Shown: in pieces, positions 1 to 11,871 of the stretch | Layout of the letters: every line of letters starts with the position of its first letter | How positions within the stretch are numbered: position 1 is the first letter of the stretch | Assembly (NCBI GenBank): GCA_905178155.1 | Contig: CAJINV010000003.1 | Coordinates: 8,108,245 to 8,157,668 of the forward strand | Length of the DNA: 49,424 bases | Origin: Amoebophrya sp. A120 | Lineage: Eukaryota > Protista > Dinoflagellata | Direction: 5' to 3' | Translations under genes and position numbers: made by a program | Notes under the pieces: model-generated | What the model saw: only the letters and a program-made list of their open reading frames with translations | Told to the model about the DNA's origin: nothing | The model's database searches: none

Positions 1-82
1 TAATTAGTCATTGTAATTAGTCATTGTAATTAGTCATTGTAATTAGTCATTGTAATTAGTCATTGTAATTAGTCATTGTAAT
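1..82. repeat. 13-bp tandem repeat (TAATTAGTCATTG)x6+, truncated by window edge
   Basis: Perfect 13-nt period read directly; probably intronic in the first gene. Confidence 0.95.
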
Positions 83-191
83 AGCGGATACTTGTCTTTT
101 ATATGTCTTCGCATTTTGTATGAAAAATACCTGCGTTCGACGGGTACGAACTAGACACTGATAATCAAAACCTCGATTTATTTGTGTGCAG

Positions 192-2296
192 CGAGGCCAG
201 GCTACTTACACGCACTTTCGGTCGTCGCGGTCGCGCGTACATAGTAGTATACGAAGATGAATCTATGGTTTTTGTTCGTGCCAAGGTAAGGCAAAGAATA
301 GAATGATCCGCTACATCATACCTGAATATTCTGCAGCGTCATCTTCCTCGACTGGCAGTTTGTTTCCCGTAGACTCCTTGTCGACGCCGGTTAAGGTGGA
401 CTCGGCGCTCGGCGAGGCGATTCCGGAGGGAGTCGACGCGCTGCAACACCTGATCTCCACCGTTCCCGGTCATGTACGCCTCGACGAGGTGTTTTATCGC
501 GACGAGATTTACGAGGAGTGCTGTGTCGACGGGTCTATTACGCCCCCATGGAAGGTGAAGAAGGATGCCGCGGCCACGGGGAGTGCAACGAAAGGACCTG
601 AGCAGACGTCGAAAAACAAGCAAAACGAAACGGGCACGGCTTCACTGCTGGGGGAAACACCGGGAAAAACAGTTTTCCCGAAAGCGTCGTCCTCCTCCTC
701 CTCCTCAAAGTGGAACAAGATGACTTTTCTGAACAGCAACGCTTCGGGCATGATGGGAGGGCATCTTCAGACTGTCGACGAGAACAAAGGCCCACTGACT
801 GCCGCTGCCCGGGAGCGCGCGTCCGAAAAGATCGCGGAGTTTTTCCACCGTGAAGCCGGCTACATACGTGAGAAGATCGAGAACAAACGCGGCAGCGGGG
901 GGATCTTGTTTGTGGGCGACACGCCACAACTTTTTGAAAAGGTGGTCGCGAACATGGAGAACGCCCTCAACCACAAAGAATTTTATGCCAACAAAGACAA
1001 GCCGCAAGTCCAGGCGACCCCCAGAAAGGGACGCAAGAGCAACAAGCGACGGTCGAGTGTGGTGAACTGCGGGGAGCGGGGCGAGATTCTGCTCCAAGCG
1101 GCGAAGGAGCATGCGGAGCAGGAAGAGCAGGAAGACCCGCGGCTTGGGATTGATGTTCCGTCCCTGCTGGCGTCCACCGAAATTTTCCGTATGCCCACAG
1201 CGACGTATCGTTTGCACCGCGTTTCGCCATTCCACGTCACGCTGACTACCACGAAGCGGGTGAAAAAGAGTGCAGAAGAAGAGTTTGCTACGGCGAACAA
1301 TGGGCATGACTTTGAGAACGGCGGTAACTACCCCGCGGGGGGAGAATACCGACCTGGCACCGCCCTCAGTATGTTGCTCAATCCGAGCGCTTCGCTGAAA
1401 GGGAAGCGCGCTCCGATGACCGCTCAAGAACTCAAGCTGAACTGCACACCCAAAGTGCGTCGGACGCTTTCCTTTAAGCCAGGTATAAAAAGATTCAGAA
1501 ATGGACTGTTAGGAAGTTTCTCATTTGCGAAAATGTAATGAACGCCTATCCCCATGCGCGTCTACTGTGGACTTCGATTTCTACATAAAGTACTTTTGCA
1601 AAGAGGGCTTCATTTTTTCATCCTTTCTTTGCGCTTGCCTTTAAGACCAAGAACCTCATCTACACGTTGCGCATCGACTCGCACTTGATTATGCACATTT
1701 ATTGAGGTGGCGGCGTCGAGCACGAGCAGCCCCCGCCGCGCACGCAAGAGGAAAAGCGGCGGGACATGCTGGCAGCCATTCCGGAGCCCGAGACACAGTC
1801 AAGTTTTAGTCTGTTCTACCTGCCCACGGGAAGCGAGGGCTTTGTGTCGGTGACGGAACTGTTTAATGGACTCTCTCGCGTACGCGGGAAGGGCGGGCGC
1901 AACGTGGACGATGCGGGGGCGTCCTCGGCTGCGACCTCTACCGCGAACACGCCAATGGAGCAGGGATCCACCGGCCTGGCGAGCTTTTTCCGTGCGGGCG
2001 GCAGGGAGCGAGACTTTGTGTACCTGGAAGACGACAAAATTTACCACGAAGTCATCGTAACCGCGCTGCGCAAACTCGTTCGCACGCCCTTCTCGGGGTA
2101 CGTCAGTGTCGTGCTGGAAGACCCGTCGGTCGCGGTGCTGCACCAGGCGCTCCGATGGCGAACCTTCGACTCGCGCGGCGGACTGGCTTTGACAAAACAT
2201 CAGCGCCGCAACGACGAAGCCAAAATGAATGCTGCACAGCAGCAGCAACTGACAGTAGCGGACGCGGAACACGGCGGTGCCGCGTCTCGTACATGA
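192..2296 (+). CDS. Hypothetical protein, spliced, probably 5'-partial
   Basis: ORFs 303-1538 and 1766-2296 join in frame through GT-AG intron 1483-1706 (FKPG|GGVEHEQ). Candidate upstream exon 192-285 (AG...AAG|gtaagg) could splice to 396. No family recognised. Confidence 0.6.
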
Positions 2297-2660
2297 AGGA
2301 CCCGGGTTTTTTCCTCCCTTCACACTACAAAATGAACCTAAAAAGTTTTTGTCTTCGTTGAAGAGCAAGTGACTAGAACAAAAATGAAACTCGTGGATTC
2401 CGTGAGCGGTTTGTTTTGAAAATGTGTCAATTCAAAATAAATGTATGCCCGGGCAGCAGCAGGTTAGCGAGCCTGTGAGTCTAGGCTGAGGATGGTCGGG
2501 CGGTATTTTATGCCCGTGTCCGCCCTCAGCCCTTTAGTGTACGGTAGCCAGGACTTGAGAAGATTAGTCAGGACAACCCACCGAATTTCGGGGTGGTATT
2601 TGTTCGCCTTCTCTTGTTCCCAGGGAGTAACGCCCCTGCCGTTGGTAGTAAGTCTCGTTT

Positions 2661-3055
2661 GTCCCGCTTTGCGGATGATCGTTAGTCCCGCTTTGCGGAT
2701 GATCGTTAGTCCCGCTTTGCGGATGATTGGCCCGCTTTGCGGATGATTGGCCCGCTTTGCGGATGATCGTTAGTCCCGCTTTGCGGATGATTGTTTGGCC
2801 CGCTTTGCGGATGATTTGGCTTCCGCTTGTCGGAAATTTTGGCTTCCGCTTGTCGGAAATTTTGGCTTTCCGCTTGTCGGAAAATTTGGCTTCCGCTTGT
2901 CGGAAATTTTGGCTTCCGCTTTTTCGGAGCCTCGAACTTTGGCTTCCGCTTGTCGGGAAATTTGGCTTCCGCCTTTCGCAAGTTCTGGCTTTCGCTTGTC
3001 CGAAGGTCTAGCTTGGTCCGCTGTGCGGGAATTTTGGACTCCGAAGGTCGGAAAC
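2661..3055. repeat. Hairpin minisatellites in unit 1: ~7x CCCGCTTTGCGGATGAT (20-24 nt), then TTGGCTTCCGCTTGTCGGAAAT-type (22-23 nt)
   Basis: Direct reading; cores CCGC-TTT-GCGG and TTCCG-CTTGT-CGGAA are inverted repeats. Confidence 0.9.
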
Positions 3056-3846
3056 GTCTCGTTGCCAGCTATCTATGCGGGATAGGTGTTGTCTGGCCGT
3101 TCTGTCCTCGGGACGAGGAACGGCGGTCGGTCTCGCTTTGCGATGGGAGGAGGGGTCGTTTGGCACTGGCGGTTCGAACCCGTTACCCTTGCGAACTTTC
3201 TCCCTGACTAGAGCGCTGGACTTCGTTGGATCTGCTTTGAGATAAATATCCGGACTTCCCCTCCCATCGCTATGCGAGACCGAGACTCGTCCGATTGGTT
3301 TGTAATGGGGCTATGCTAAGCCTGGGCGATCGCGGTTTTTCGTTCTATTTGGCGGACCCTTCTGATAGGCCCGCGTCTTAGTCTATCGGCTCACTTTTCA
3401 GCCCGTCGTCGTTCGTTGCTACGCCTTCATCGATGGGGCGCACCGGTTTCCCAAATTCATCTACTGGCCGCAAGCGCCACAGCGGGTTCTTTGGGATGCT
3501 TCGGCGTATCCGGCCTCCGCCGGTGGGTCAGGTGCTCCATCTCCCTGGGCGCCTCGACGACGTGGTGGGGGACTGCTCCCACCGAGCGGCCATCCATTGG
3601 GTGGCCCGTCTGCGGTAACTGCATAAAATGTATGCCCGGGCAGCAGCAGGCTAGCGAGCCTGTGAGTCTAGGCTGAGGATGGTCGGGCGGTATTTTATGC
3701 CCGTGTCCGCCCTCAGCCCTTTAGTGTACGGTAGCCAGGACTTGAGAAGATTAGTCAGGACAACCCACCGAATTTCGGGGTGGTATTTGTTCGCCTTCTC
3801 TTGTTCCCAGGGAGTAACGCCCCTGCCGTTGGTAGTAAGTCTCGTT

Positions 3847-4433
3847 TGGCCCGCTTTGCGGATGATCGTTAGTCCCGCTTTGCGGATGATCGTTAGTCCC
3901 GCTTTGCGGATGATCGTTAGTCCCGCTTTGCGGATGTTTGGCCCGCTTTGCGGATGATTGGCCCGCTTTGCGGATGATTGGCCCGCTTTGCGGATGATTG
4001 GCCCGCTTTGCGGATGATTGGCCCGCTTTGCGGATGATTGGCCCGCTTTGCGGATGATTGGCCCGCTTTGCGGATGATTGTTTGGCCCGCTTTGCGGATG
4101 ATTGGCCCGCTCTGCGGATGTTTTTTTTTGGCCCGCTTTGCGGATGATTTGGCTTCCGCTTGTCGGAAGTTTTGGCTTCCGCTTGTCGGAATTTTTGGCT
4201 TTCCGCTTGTCGGAAATTTTGGCTTCCGCTTGTCGGAAATTTTGGCTTTCCGCTTGTCGGAAAATTTGACGCCCGCTTGTCGGAAATTTTGGCTCCCGCT
4301 TATTCGGAAACTCGACCTTTGGCTTCCGCTTGTCGGGAAATTTGGCTTTCGCCTTTCGCAAGTTCTGGCTTTCGCTTGTCCGAAGGTCTAGCCTGGTGCG
4401 TTGTGCGGGAATTTTGGATTCCGTAGGTCGGAA
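3847..4433. repeat. Hairpin minisatellites in unit 2 (~14 copies of the first type, then the second type)
   Basis: Direct reading; copy-number expansion explains most of the longer period of unit 2. Confidence 0.9.
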
Positions 4434-5882
4434 GCGTCTCGTTGCCAGCTATTTATGCGGGATAGGTGGTGCTTGGTCGTTCTGTCCTCGGGACAAGGAA
4501 CGGCGGTCGGTCTCGCTTTGCGATGGGAGGAGGGGTCGTTTGGCACTGGCGGTTCGAACCCGTTACCCTTGCGAACTTTCTCCCTGACTAGAGCGCTGGA
4601 CTTCGTTGGACCTGTTTTGAGATAAATATCCGGACTTCATCTCCTCCCATCGCTATGCGAGACCGAGACTCCGAGTGGTTTGGAATGGGGCTATGTTAGG
4701 CCGCGATCGCGGTCTTTCGTGCTATGTGGCGGACCCTTCTGATAGGCCCGCGTCTTAGTCCATCGGCCCTCTTTACAGCCCGAGGGGCGCACCGGTTTCC
4801 CAAATTCATCTACTGGCCGCAAGCGCCACAGCGGGTTCTTTGGGATGCTTCGGCGTATCCGGCCTCCGCCGGTGGGTCAGGTGCTCCATCTCCCTGGGCG
4901 CCTCGACGACGTGGCGGGGGACTGCTCCCACCGAGCGGCCATCCAATGGGTGGCCCATCTGCGGTAACTGCATAAAATGTATGCCCGGGCAGCAGCAGGT
5001 TAGCGAGCCTGTGAGTCTAGGCTGAGGATGGTCGGGCGGTATTTTATGCCCGTGTCCGCCCTCAGCCCTTTAGTGTACGGTAGCCAGGACTTGAGAAGAT
5101 TAGTCAGGACAACCCACCGACTTTCGGGGTGGTATTTGTTTCGCCCGCCCTCCCTCCCAGTTGTTTCAAGGTGGTATGAGTTACTACGGATGGGCCGCTA
5201 AGACCTCGCGCCGCCCTTTTCTTACGGGGTGTGACAGAGGTCAATGTCTTCCATCGCGGGTCAGGTGCTCCATCTCCCTGGGCGCCTCGACGACGTGGCG
5301 GGGGACTGCTCCCACCGAGCGGCCATCCAATGGGTGTCCTCGACCCAGCAGCTAAAGCAGCATTACAGTGCGCGTTCGTTGATTTTTTACAAACGTTAAA
5401 CTAACAGTTTGTTACTCGCTCGGCTGAAGAAGCGAGCACGCAGGTGATTTCTACACACGATCTCTCGATGAAGTAAAGAGTATCGCTCGCACGACAGCAG
5501 CCTGGATGGATGTGAGAGTGCAGCTGCGATTTTGTTTCTGGCTTCAGCAGAAATGAAACAATGATCCTCTTGTTGATCGCGTACATGTAGCATTTGCTCT
5601 TTCAGTTCTTGGACAATATGTTTTTTCGGTTGCTTCATGGAGCGGCAGACCAACGACAAAGGTCATGGGATCTTGATTCCGAACCGCACCCAGAGATCCA
5701 TTTGCACTTCAAGGAACATTTTTCTGGCTGCTTTCTGGAGGCAGCGCGAAACGTTTGAATTTGGTCGATAAGCACGCGTAGAGACGGTTCCTCTCATCTT
5801 TAGTTGCTCGAGGTCTACCTAGTTTGCAATGGTTGTAGATCAACCTCGAGTGGTGCAACTTTGGGCATTTTTCTAAGAAAAG

Positions 5883-7573
5883 ATGCAACACCAGCTGCGC
5901 GAGCAACAGATCGCTTCTTTGCGACAGCGTGTTCCGCGCGTGGTGCAGATTTCCCCTGATGCTAGCCAATGGGTGATCAAACTCGTGGACTCGCGGCTGC
6001 AGCCGCTGACGCAAGTTTTCATTGCAATACCGCCACCGTTTCCATCTGCCGCACCGGATGTTAGAGTATCTTATTCAAGTAGGAAAACTGATATGTGTAC
6101 ATCGATAGGCTGAGGCTGTCCTGTATGCTTGTCCTTTTTTGCAATTATTCATATAATTATTCATATCAAGATTGTTCTCCCTCGGTAACGGTATCAATGT
6201 GAATGACAACAGAGAAGGTTATTTTCATTCTCTCAGGTTTCGCCGTGGGTAGACCATCCTTGGATCGATCGCGAGGGCGCCATATTGGGCCACCCCCACC
6301 TAGGGCGGAACTGGCACCCGAATCTGGACCTGGGGCAAGTCGTGAGTGACATTCTTCAAGAATTTACGATTCGGCCCCCGCGCCCGCTGCCGGTGGACCA
6401 GCAACAAGACCACAGCATAAGCAGTCGATCTTACCCCACAAACCTCACCACGAGGTCCCCGAGAGCTTCAGGGGGCGGGTTTGCGGGCGTGGCATCATCG
6501 TCGCTGCCGGCTTCCAGTGGTACACCTACTGCTCGAGGAGGTGCGCCGCAGGGCTCAGAGCAGGAGAGGATCCTGCAGTACACGCGGCAGTTTCAGAGCG
6601 TAGAACAAAACAGTGGCGTCGCGCAAAGCAGCAGCGTTGCCGCCCCAGGTGGACCTGCTCGGAGCTCACAACAGCTAGGAGTCCCAGCTCCTCTCCCCGC
6701 CCCACAGGTGGTGTCCTTCTCTTCATCCGCGTCGCCTTCTTCGGGGCGCTCGGGCGGAGCGGCTCCGCCCGGGTCGACGAAAATGGACGGGACACCAGCG
6801 AATTCTCGACCGCCCGGAGCAGGAGGCGACCCGCCGATAACGATACCACAGCGCTTTGCGGAGGTCGAAGAGGCGCTGTCCGTCGAGCAGCTCGCCTACC
6901 TCGCGGAGGAGGCGGACAGAGAGAATTTCAACGAATTTCTGTACGAACTCGACTGCGTGCGAGACAAAAAAACCATGCTGGTCGAGCTCATGGAAAGCAA
7001 CGCTATTGCCGCTCGCAAAAACCTCGAGATCAGACCCCGGATGGAAGCCCTCACCCAAAAAGTTGCTGAGAGGTAGAAGTACGAACCAAACATAGTTCTT
7101 TGCTGCCCGGAGCTGGTTATGGTTTGTAGGCCTTGTTTTTTTTTTCATGCTTTCGCGAGCTGCAGGCGCCGCCACCTCCGCTAGTTTTAGTACCGAGACG
7201 ATATGAACTGTTGCGCAAAGATGAAAATAAAGTTCAGCAAACACTAAGATGATGCGCAGCTTTTTTTACGTAACGTCGATCAGAAGTGATAGATTGCTTC
7301 TTTACCTGTACCAGGTATGTGGTGCTACAAGCCGCTCGGGAGGAGGTCCTGACTTTGGAAAAGCAGCGGCAAGAGCTAACGAAGCGTTTCCACCCGCGGG
7401 TGATGCACGCCCGAATGCTGGACCTCGTTCACGCCGCGTCGGAGGACGCAGAGCGCCTGAGTGGGGAAACGAGCAAAGCTGGGAGGACGCGGTACTTCGA
7501 GGCCAGAAAGCGACAGCACCGGCTGGGTGCTAAAGCTGATCGCCTGCGAGAATTGGCTGAGCAGGGTTCATAG
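5883..7573 (+). CDS. VPS37: ESCRT-I subunit VPS37-like (N-terminal UEV-like domain, C-terminal Mod(r)-like helices)
   Basis: Exons 5883-6065, 6237-7072, 7315-7573 with GT-AG introns in frame. IPPPFPSAAP-VSPWVDHPW-WHPNLDLGQVV resembles the VPS37A UEV region; SNAIAARKNL and YFEARKRQH resemble Mod(r). Confidence 0.75.
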
Positions 7574-8269
7574 CGGGCACGGCAATCAGGCGTCTGGGCG
7601 TTGCGGAAAGCTGCGTGTCTGAAACTCGTAGAGCTCTACTTACCCGGGGCGCAGGTTTGGTTCCCGGAAGCGGCTAGTATTATCGCCATATTTTGTGCAA
7701 GAGCAAGTAATCTTTATGGCGCTGCGGCTGCAAGAATGTTTTGCTTTTGTGCCGCATCTGTGCCTGCTGTCGGGATTTTGAAATATCTTTTGACCGCTAA
7801 TAAATGCAACTACTACAGCGCTTGCGCTTGCGTTTTCGAATGAAAATGAATGTCCGGCCTTAAGTGATTCAATTCATTGAGTTTCTCAATGACTCAGGGT
7901 AGTTTGAAATTCGGATCGGAATAGCAGTTCATGGTGAGCGCGAACGCGATGGCGTCACGGAAGTCTGCTTGACTCTCACCCACGAATTTTGAACACGAAG
8001 TCGACGCCGAAACCTTAGCACACCCCCTTCAAGTGCAGGATAAATATTGATGAAGAGACCTCGATCTTCGTTTTTCGTTTCTTTGTTCCTCGACAAGGCG
8101 ACCGCTCCTGGACACACGGAGCTTCGTGGTCCTGTTTGAGATGCTAGAGAATGCGTGCGCACTAGTCTTTCCACAAAAAACACGCTGACCTAGTAGACCG
8201 CCTAACTTTGTAGATGCATTGCACGTTGCATCGCCGCGCCGAATAAATCTACTCTCGTCACGAAAACTC

Positions 8270-10048
8270 ATGGTCGCCTTTTGTCTGCGGTGTTGGCCCT
8301 TCCTTTTGCTACGACTCAACCAGGTGGTGCATGGTCGTGCCACGGATCCCTGCGGGGACTTGGAAGTGGACCCGACATCAGCAGGAGATAACGAAGTCAA
8401 TGGCATCCTGGAGAACACGAGCGGAACCGTTGTCGTCACTGGTGGGTCCGGGTTCATTGGGTCGAATCTGGTCGAGCTGCTGCTGAAAAGGACAAACTAT
8501 AAGATACGCGTACTGGATAACTTGGAAACGGGGAACATCCTGTACTTGGACTTGATCAGTCAGCCTGAACGGCTCCAGTTCCACTTCGGGGACATACTAG
8601 ACTTGCCGCTGCTGGAAAAGGTCTTCGGCGTAGCTGAAGACGACGCGGCGCGGCCAGGCGATGACGACGCCGCACGGCCGCGACCTCCGCCCGACATAGT
8701 CGGTGTTTTTCACTTGGCTGCGGCTTCGAAAGTTCTCCCGTCCTTGATCGACCCAAAGATGGCCACCTTCAACGTGAAAAATAACGCCCTCGGGACCGCG
8801 AACCTGCTGGAAGTGGTGAGAAAAGTAATTCTCAGACAGGAAGAGTGGAGAAAAAAGCACACCACAGATGAGAACCACCGGAGCAATCAAATGGATGATA
8901 ATCTTTACAGATTCAAGAAAATCGTGTACGCGGGGTCGTCCACTTACTACGGGCGGCAGTCAGCGGACGACATTGGTGCGTTTGAAGAAAATATGCTGTT
9001 CTCCGTGTCCAGCCCCTACGCGGCGTCCAAGTACATGGGTGAGTTGCAGATGAACACGTTTGACGAGATCCACCAAGTGCCCACCGTGAACCTGCGCTTT
9101 TTCATGGTGTACGGCCCGCGGAACCCGCGGAAGGGCGGCTACGCGGTGGTGACCGGGATTTTCGCGGAACTCAAGAAGGCAGGCACGCTATGGTGAGGAA
9201 AAACGTCCTCCCCTCCTCATATTTTCAAGAGGGAGGTTTTACTGTTGACACAAAAACAAATCAGCTCTACTGTCATCTTGCAAGAAAGCAACTCCAGAAA
9301 TCTCCGCCGCATTCTGGAGGCGATTTCTCATGCTGTGGAGCCTGTGTCAGCGTCGCAGGTGTCTGCCATTATTACACACCTCGACCCAAGCGCCCATAGA
9401 ACCTAGGCTGCGGATCTGGCTGCAATCGCTTACTGCAAGACAGAGCTGATTTGTGCACGCAAAGGCAGCAACAGATGAAATCTCGCGTTTGAATAAGGGC
9501 AGAGGGATTATTTCTAATTTTGATAAATGCCACTGACCATCGAGGGCGACGGAATGCAGTACCGCGACTTTGTGCACGTGGAGGACGTGGGCCGGGCCTG
9601 CCTCCTGGCGTTGGAGAACCCCAGCGTGCGCGGGACCTCCATAAACATCGGCAGTGGACGCACGCATACCATTCTGGACGCCGCCGAAATCGTGGCGCCC
9701 GGCGAAACCCGGAGGTTTTTGCCGGCCAGGCGCAACGACCTCAAGGGCACACTGGCAAACACGTGCAAGGCGAAAAAAGAACTGAAGTTCGCGTCGGCGA
9801 AGCAATTTGAGGCAGAAATGGACTTCCTGGTGCAGAAAATTCTCCGAAACGACAACGGTGACTTCGTCTACGAGAACATGGACCGAACCTTTCAGCGCTG
9901 GTTCGCCACCAAATCGCCAGCAGATGGTGCTCCGCCATGGTCCTCCTCGAGTTTAGAAGAAAAAAACGAACGCGTTCGCGAGCGGATTGTGAAACAGGGC
10001 CTCTTGAAAGCTGCTTTGGAGACGACTGCTGATGCCGCAGAACTGTGA
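8270..10048 (+). CDS. NAD-dependent nucleotide-sugar epimerase/dehydratase (extended SDR) with N-terminal hydrophobic leader
   Basis: TGGSGFIG, VFHLAA, YAASK, LRFFMVYGP, RDFVHVED motifs. Two exons joined by removing 342 nt around 9184-9530 (KKAG[T/M]PLTIEGDG). Confidence 0.9.
9189..9525. mobile_element. Degenerate introner element acting as non-canonical intron
   Basis: Starts TAT, ends ATA; flanks CACGC/AATGC; weak TIR resembling 42841 and 33621; element+5 nt = 342 restores frame; no usable AG before the exon (in-frame TAA at 9524). Confidence 0.6.
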
Positions 10049-11871
10049 AAGCGAAAATTTGAATTTCCAAATTGATTTTTGCCACTGATTCATCTGAACA
10101 TGATACTCCTAGATGATATGCAACCAATTATCTTCTTTGCGCACGAGCATAACAATAACTGAGACATGAAAGAAGCCAATGATGTGGGTAATTTTCTTTG
10201 GCGCATTTGTTCGGTTTTACACCTGCGAGTGCTCCTTCGGTTCGACGAGGCCTTTGCAGTTTGTGCCAGCAGTTTACTTCCGCTACATCACGAAAACGTG
10301 CTTTCGCCTGAGCTCGCTTCCTGGGATTTACTTATTTTTGCATTTTGTCTCTGCTTGGCCCTGGCGCGGCGTCCGTCGGTAAATTTAACTGTTGATTACG
10401 CAACGGCACGACATGTTGCCTTTTGTGGCCAGCAAAGCTCCTTCATACTCATACAAATCGCATTGCAACGAAAATACTCGGTGAACAAACATTCCATATC
10501 GGCAACTCAATTCTAAGCATTGCCAAAACTGAAATCGAAGTACTTGAATCCAAGGTAGTAGCTGGTAATATGGAACCTTTTTCGGACTCTGTAATCGGTA
10601 TGCACGAGCGCCTTCTGTTTCAGCCCGAATTTGTCAGTAAATTTCTGTTGATTGCACCACGTGCATCGGCGCATGTTTTCACTTTTCTCTCATCAGTAGA
10701 GCATTTCCATTTGGAGATGTTGCTTTACCTGATGTAAATGCTAGGTTCGACTTATCTCCTGTCTAATCATAATGCATTCCATAAATATTTTAAACGAATG
10801 TTTTTTTTGTGTTTTTACAGGACCTCAAGATCTGCCAGATGTATGACGAGATCTGAAACATTGATTTCCTATGAAATCAAATGGGTGTCGAATGAAAATT
10901 TCCTTTTGGCTCTGCAATTGTAAAGTATGTGCTTAGTGTCGCTCCTTATGAGTCCCGCACTGTATGAAAATTCCAAATCCTTTTCATCGATCTTAGGTAT
11001 GACTGTGAGACAAATGACAAACAGAAACCGCAGACTCACCTGGGAACGACTGAAGGCGAGAAAAATGTCGCCTACGATGATCCATCTGTTTTGCTAAAGA
11101 GCCTTTGCAGAATTTCAAATAGGTATATTTCATTTGACTTTTGTTACAGCGATCTACAAAGTTTTTTTGTACTCGTGGCCTGTCTGAGCAGCGATTTATT
11201 TATCATCTGCTCAGATTCAGTGTCCACGCTTTTTACGTGTACGCTTTGTAATCAATTTCGAAGCATAGGGAAGATATCCGACTTTTTTTGCGGCAGAAAC
11301 TTTGTGGTTTCGTTACTTTCTGTTTTTTTTTAGAAATAGCAAGCCAAAACCTAAGCTATTATTAGGTGCATTGTATTTTTTTTTTTTCGTATTTTCATTT
11401 TCTAGATCTAGATGTATGATTTTTTGTCGTAGAGGTACTTCTTCTACTTGGTTCACTTGTGGAGCATATGCTCACTTATCCGCTTCTGTGTAAATTTTCG
11501 CCTGGTTTCTCTCTTCGAACATTGTCGATAGAAAGGAGCGATAGGGACGAGATGTCGGCCAAGATTTGTAAGATGTACTAATTTTTTGATGGTCGAGATT
11601 GTCCCAGTTCTTTTCGCCGGCAAAAATCAATCTTTGCGGACGTTTTTTGGCCGCTTGCGCTACCTCCAGACCAGCAATTGGAAAGCGAAAGACAACAACC
11701 CAGCAGACCACTATCGGCGCCGCCATGGCGGACCCCGACCGCCAGCAACTCGCGTTCTGTGCATAACGTAATCGGTTTGGCTTCCAAACGGATTATCCGT
11801 TTCGGGACCGTCTAGGGTAGTAGACCACTGTTGCCGGGACAGCGGGGGAGGCTCGCACGAACGCAACCACT

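Larger units (their letters stand above)
2439..5337. repeat. Complex head-to-tail repeat: units start ~2441, 3628 and 4977 (periods 1187 and 1349 nt), third unit rearranged/partial
   Basis: ATGTATGCCCGGGCAGCAGCAGG... recurs at all three positions; 5259-5335 repeats the unit's 3' block; many internal hairpins. Confidence 0.92.

Noticed and set aside
2540-2560. CGGTAGCCA resemblance to the dinoflagellate spliced leader
   Set aside because: Match too short; lacks TTTTGGCTCAAG
3020-3065. Hammerhead-like GAAACGTC (and CTGAGGA near 2485)
   Set aside because: No CUGANGA core in register with GAAA; the segment is a decayed minisatellite unit and reads GAAGCGTC in copy 2
3140-3195. tRNA gene around GGTTCGAACCC
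   Set aside because: Only a T-arm-like hairpin; no acceptor, D or anticodon arms could be built
2661-4433. Palindromic 20-24 nt repeats as a CRISPR array
   Set aside because: No unique spacers, no cas genes, eukaryotic context
2492-5355. ORFs within the tandem repeat (e.g. 3651-4361 minus)
   Set aside because: Translations of minisatellites; frames are not conserved between unit copies
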